A stretch of 63,934 nucleotides of DNA, counting the filler, from Octopus bimaculoides (Eukaryota): the NCBI RefSeq assembly GCF_001194135.2. It is 9 parts of 7 records of this genome, joined end to end, with 100 filler letters (N's around TTAATTAATTAA, not from the genome) between each part and the next. Parts side by side here need not be neighbours in the genome. Positions count along the whole stretch, not along the records: positions 62,002 to 63,934 come from NC_068987.1; 8 more parts are not named here. One strand, written 5' to 3'. A program made the translations under genes and the position numbers. The stretch's first letter is position 1; every line of letters starts with the position of its first letter. A model generated the notes under the pieces. The model was not told the DNA's origin. It made no database searches and worked only from the letters and a program-made list of their open reading frames with translations. This document shows, one piece after another, positions 62,386 through 63,934 of the stretch.

Positions 62386-63900
62386 CGTAGGAGCAACTGC
62401 ATCGGATTGTCCAGATCGCATTTAAATAGAGTATACTGCAGGACAGTGGATAGGGATAGTGTAGGTTGTCCATAATCCCATATAGTCAGCTACACAGATC
62501 ACAAATTTGTGACTTCAACGCTTGACTTAGATAAGAGCCACAAGAAGGGTGCCGGTACATTGGAAGCTGAATGCATCGTTCACGGCACACCAGTCTTCCA
62601 GGGACCTGATTAGCACATTAATTAAGAGAGCACTGACGGGCGCTACCGTCAGCAATAGATGGTGGTATGCCCTAAAGAAGACCATTAAAGCAGGATCCGT
62701 TACGTATAGTAAGGCTCTTCCATTAGACCGAAATAGTATAAAGGGAGACCTAGTTAAGAAATTAGAAAGGGCACTTAGAACTGGCAACGCGTCCAACGTT
62801 CTGGCGACGAGGTTGGCCCTCGACCAACACTTCAAAGCCAAACACGAAGGATGGGTTATCAGATCTAGAATACGTGCTCTAGGGAACGAAGGTGTTGGAG
62901 CCACCCGAGAGGCCCGAGTAGCGGAGGTGCAACGAGGCAACAAAGCCACCATTAGCTCTCTGACAGATAAACAAGAGCGCGAATTACTCGCGCTCGAAAA
63001 GATGTGTGAAGCCTTTCATAAACACTTTGCCCGACTGTTCGGGAAAATTGGTGGGTCAGAAAACTCTGCCATCCGGGACCAAACATGCGCGTCTTCAATA
63101 CCATGAAGGTGTTCTATAGAGGATTAGTGGAGGGGAGATGCGAAGACGTTCTCGGGGAGAATCTGGGCGTCGACGAGGAACACCTGACACACTTGTTCAG
63201 GTCAACTTTCGGCCTGGGACCGATAGACAATCAATAGAGATCCCTGGCCTGGCTGTGGTATCAGAAAGCATTGCCCGTTCGGGATAAGCTCTACAGGCAT
63301 GGTTCAAGAGACACCGGACCGACATGCCCGAGATGCGGTCGGAGTGATGAAACCGTTCTGCACGCACTAATTGTGTGTCCAGCCATTTCAGACCTGTGGG
63401 CTTATGCCGAACAGCTGCTGTCACGTGTGGGACGAATTCGGTTGTCGGCTGAGTCTATCGTGAAAATTGCCCCGCCACCTTCCCTTAATCTGGAAGGTAA
63501 GGCAGTTTTCATCGTACTGGTGGCCATGGTGAAAGAATGTGTGGTGGATTGGATCGAAAGGTTTAGAGACACACACTTTCTACTCTGGCCAATCGCTCAT
63601 CAACTTTTTCAAGTACCACTTGAAAAGGAAGATGAGAAATGAGGGGCAAGTTTTGTCTCGTGGAAGTTTCAATTAAGGCTTGGTGTAGTTGCAAAGATGG
63701 TAAGCGCGAATGACGAAACCACTTTGAGCATGATCCTGTAAATCCCAAAGAGAGAGGGTGGGAGCGTTTTGCTCTCATGTGTTTTTCCCTCCCTGCTGAG
63801 GATACCGTGGGCTTTTTCGTAGGCTTTTCTTCCCACGGATAAACCTAATCTGCTTTTTACATTTTTACTCGTTTCTATGATACACGATTCCTTTTGATCG
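62380..63900 (+). mobile_element. L1/Tx1-clade LINE with the RT domain internally deleted
   Basis: Endonuclease end (LNRVYCR..YTDHKFV..WKLNAS) and linker up to about 63060, joined directly to the C-terminal CPRC..ETVLHAL..C knuckle and 3' UTR. Confidence 0.78.
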
Positions 63901-63934
63901 GAATTTTTTCCTCCTCTTTTTCTATTTTCCTCTT

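Overview
This is AT-rich, repeat-dense animal genomic DNA, not prokaryotic. I infer a cephalopod, probably Octopus, from the SINE/LINE families and microsatellite load as I recall them; no search was run. The scaffold is fragmented. It has many N gaps, eight of which contain an artificial TTAATTAATTAA six-frame-stop linker. Host genes: 11 consecutive in-phase exons of nucleoporin NUP188 on the minus strand (35659-49962, about 407 codons), one isolated trypsin-family serine protease exon (16484-16734, minus) and one candidate tail-anchor terminal exon (24299-24400, plus). The rest is mostly mobile DNA. This includes a same-strand cluster of R4/Dong-type RLE retrotransposons in (AAT)n tracts, an (AAT)n-flanked 560-bp non-coding element in three copies, a (TACA)n-flanked RLE element, L1/Tx1, RTE and Gypsy relics, Tc1/mariner, pogo and piggyBac derivatives, tRNA-SINEs, Penelope-like (PLE) fragments and a CpG-rich (ACGA/ACGT)n satellite. 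The most interesting signals are a complete type I hammerhead ribozyme inside a nested-stem small element (24890-25014), two copies of a hammerhead-like motif with an atypical core, fold-back palindromes related to PLE elements, and microsatellite-specific retroelement targeting. Most ORF-track entries are microsatellite or N-gap artefacts. Repeat boundaries are approximate.
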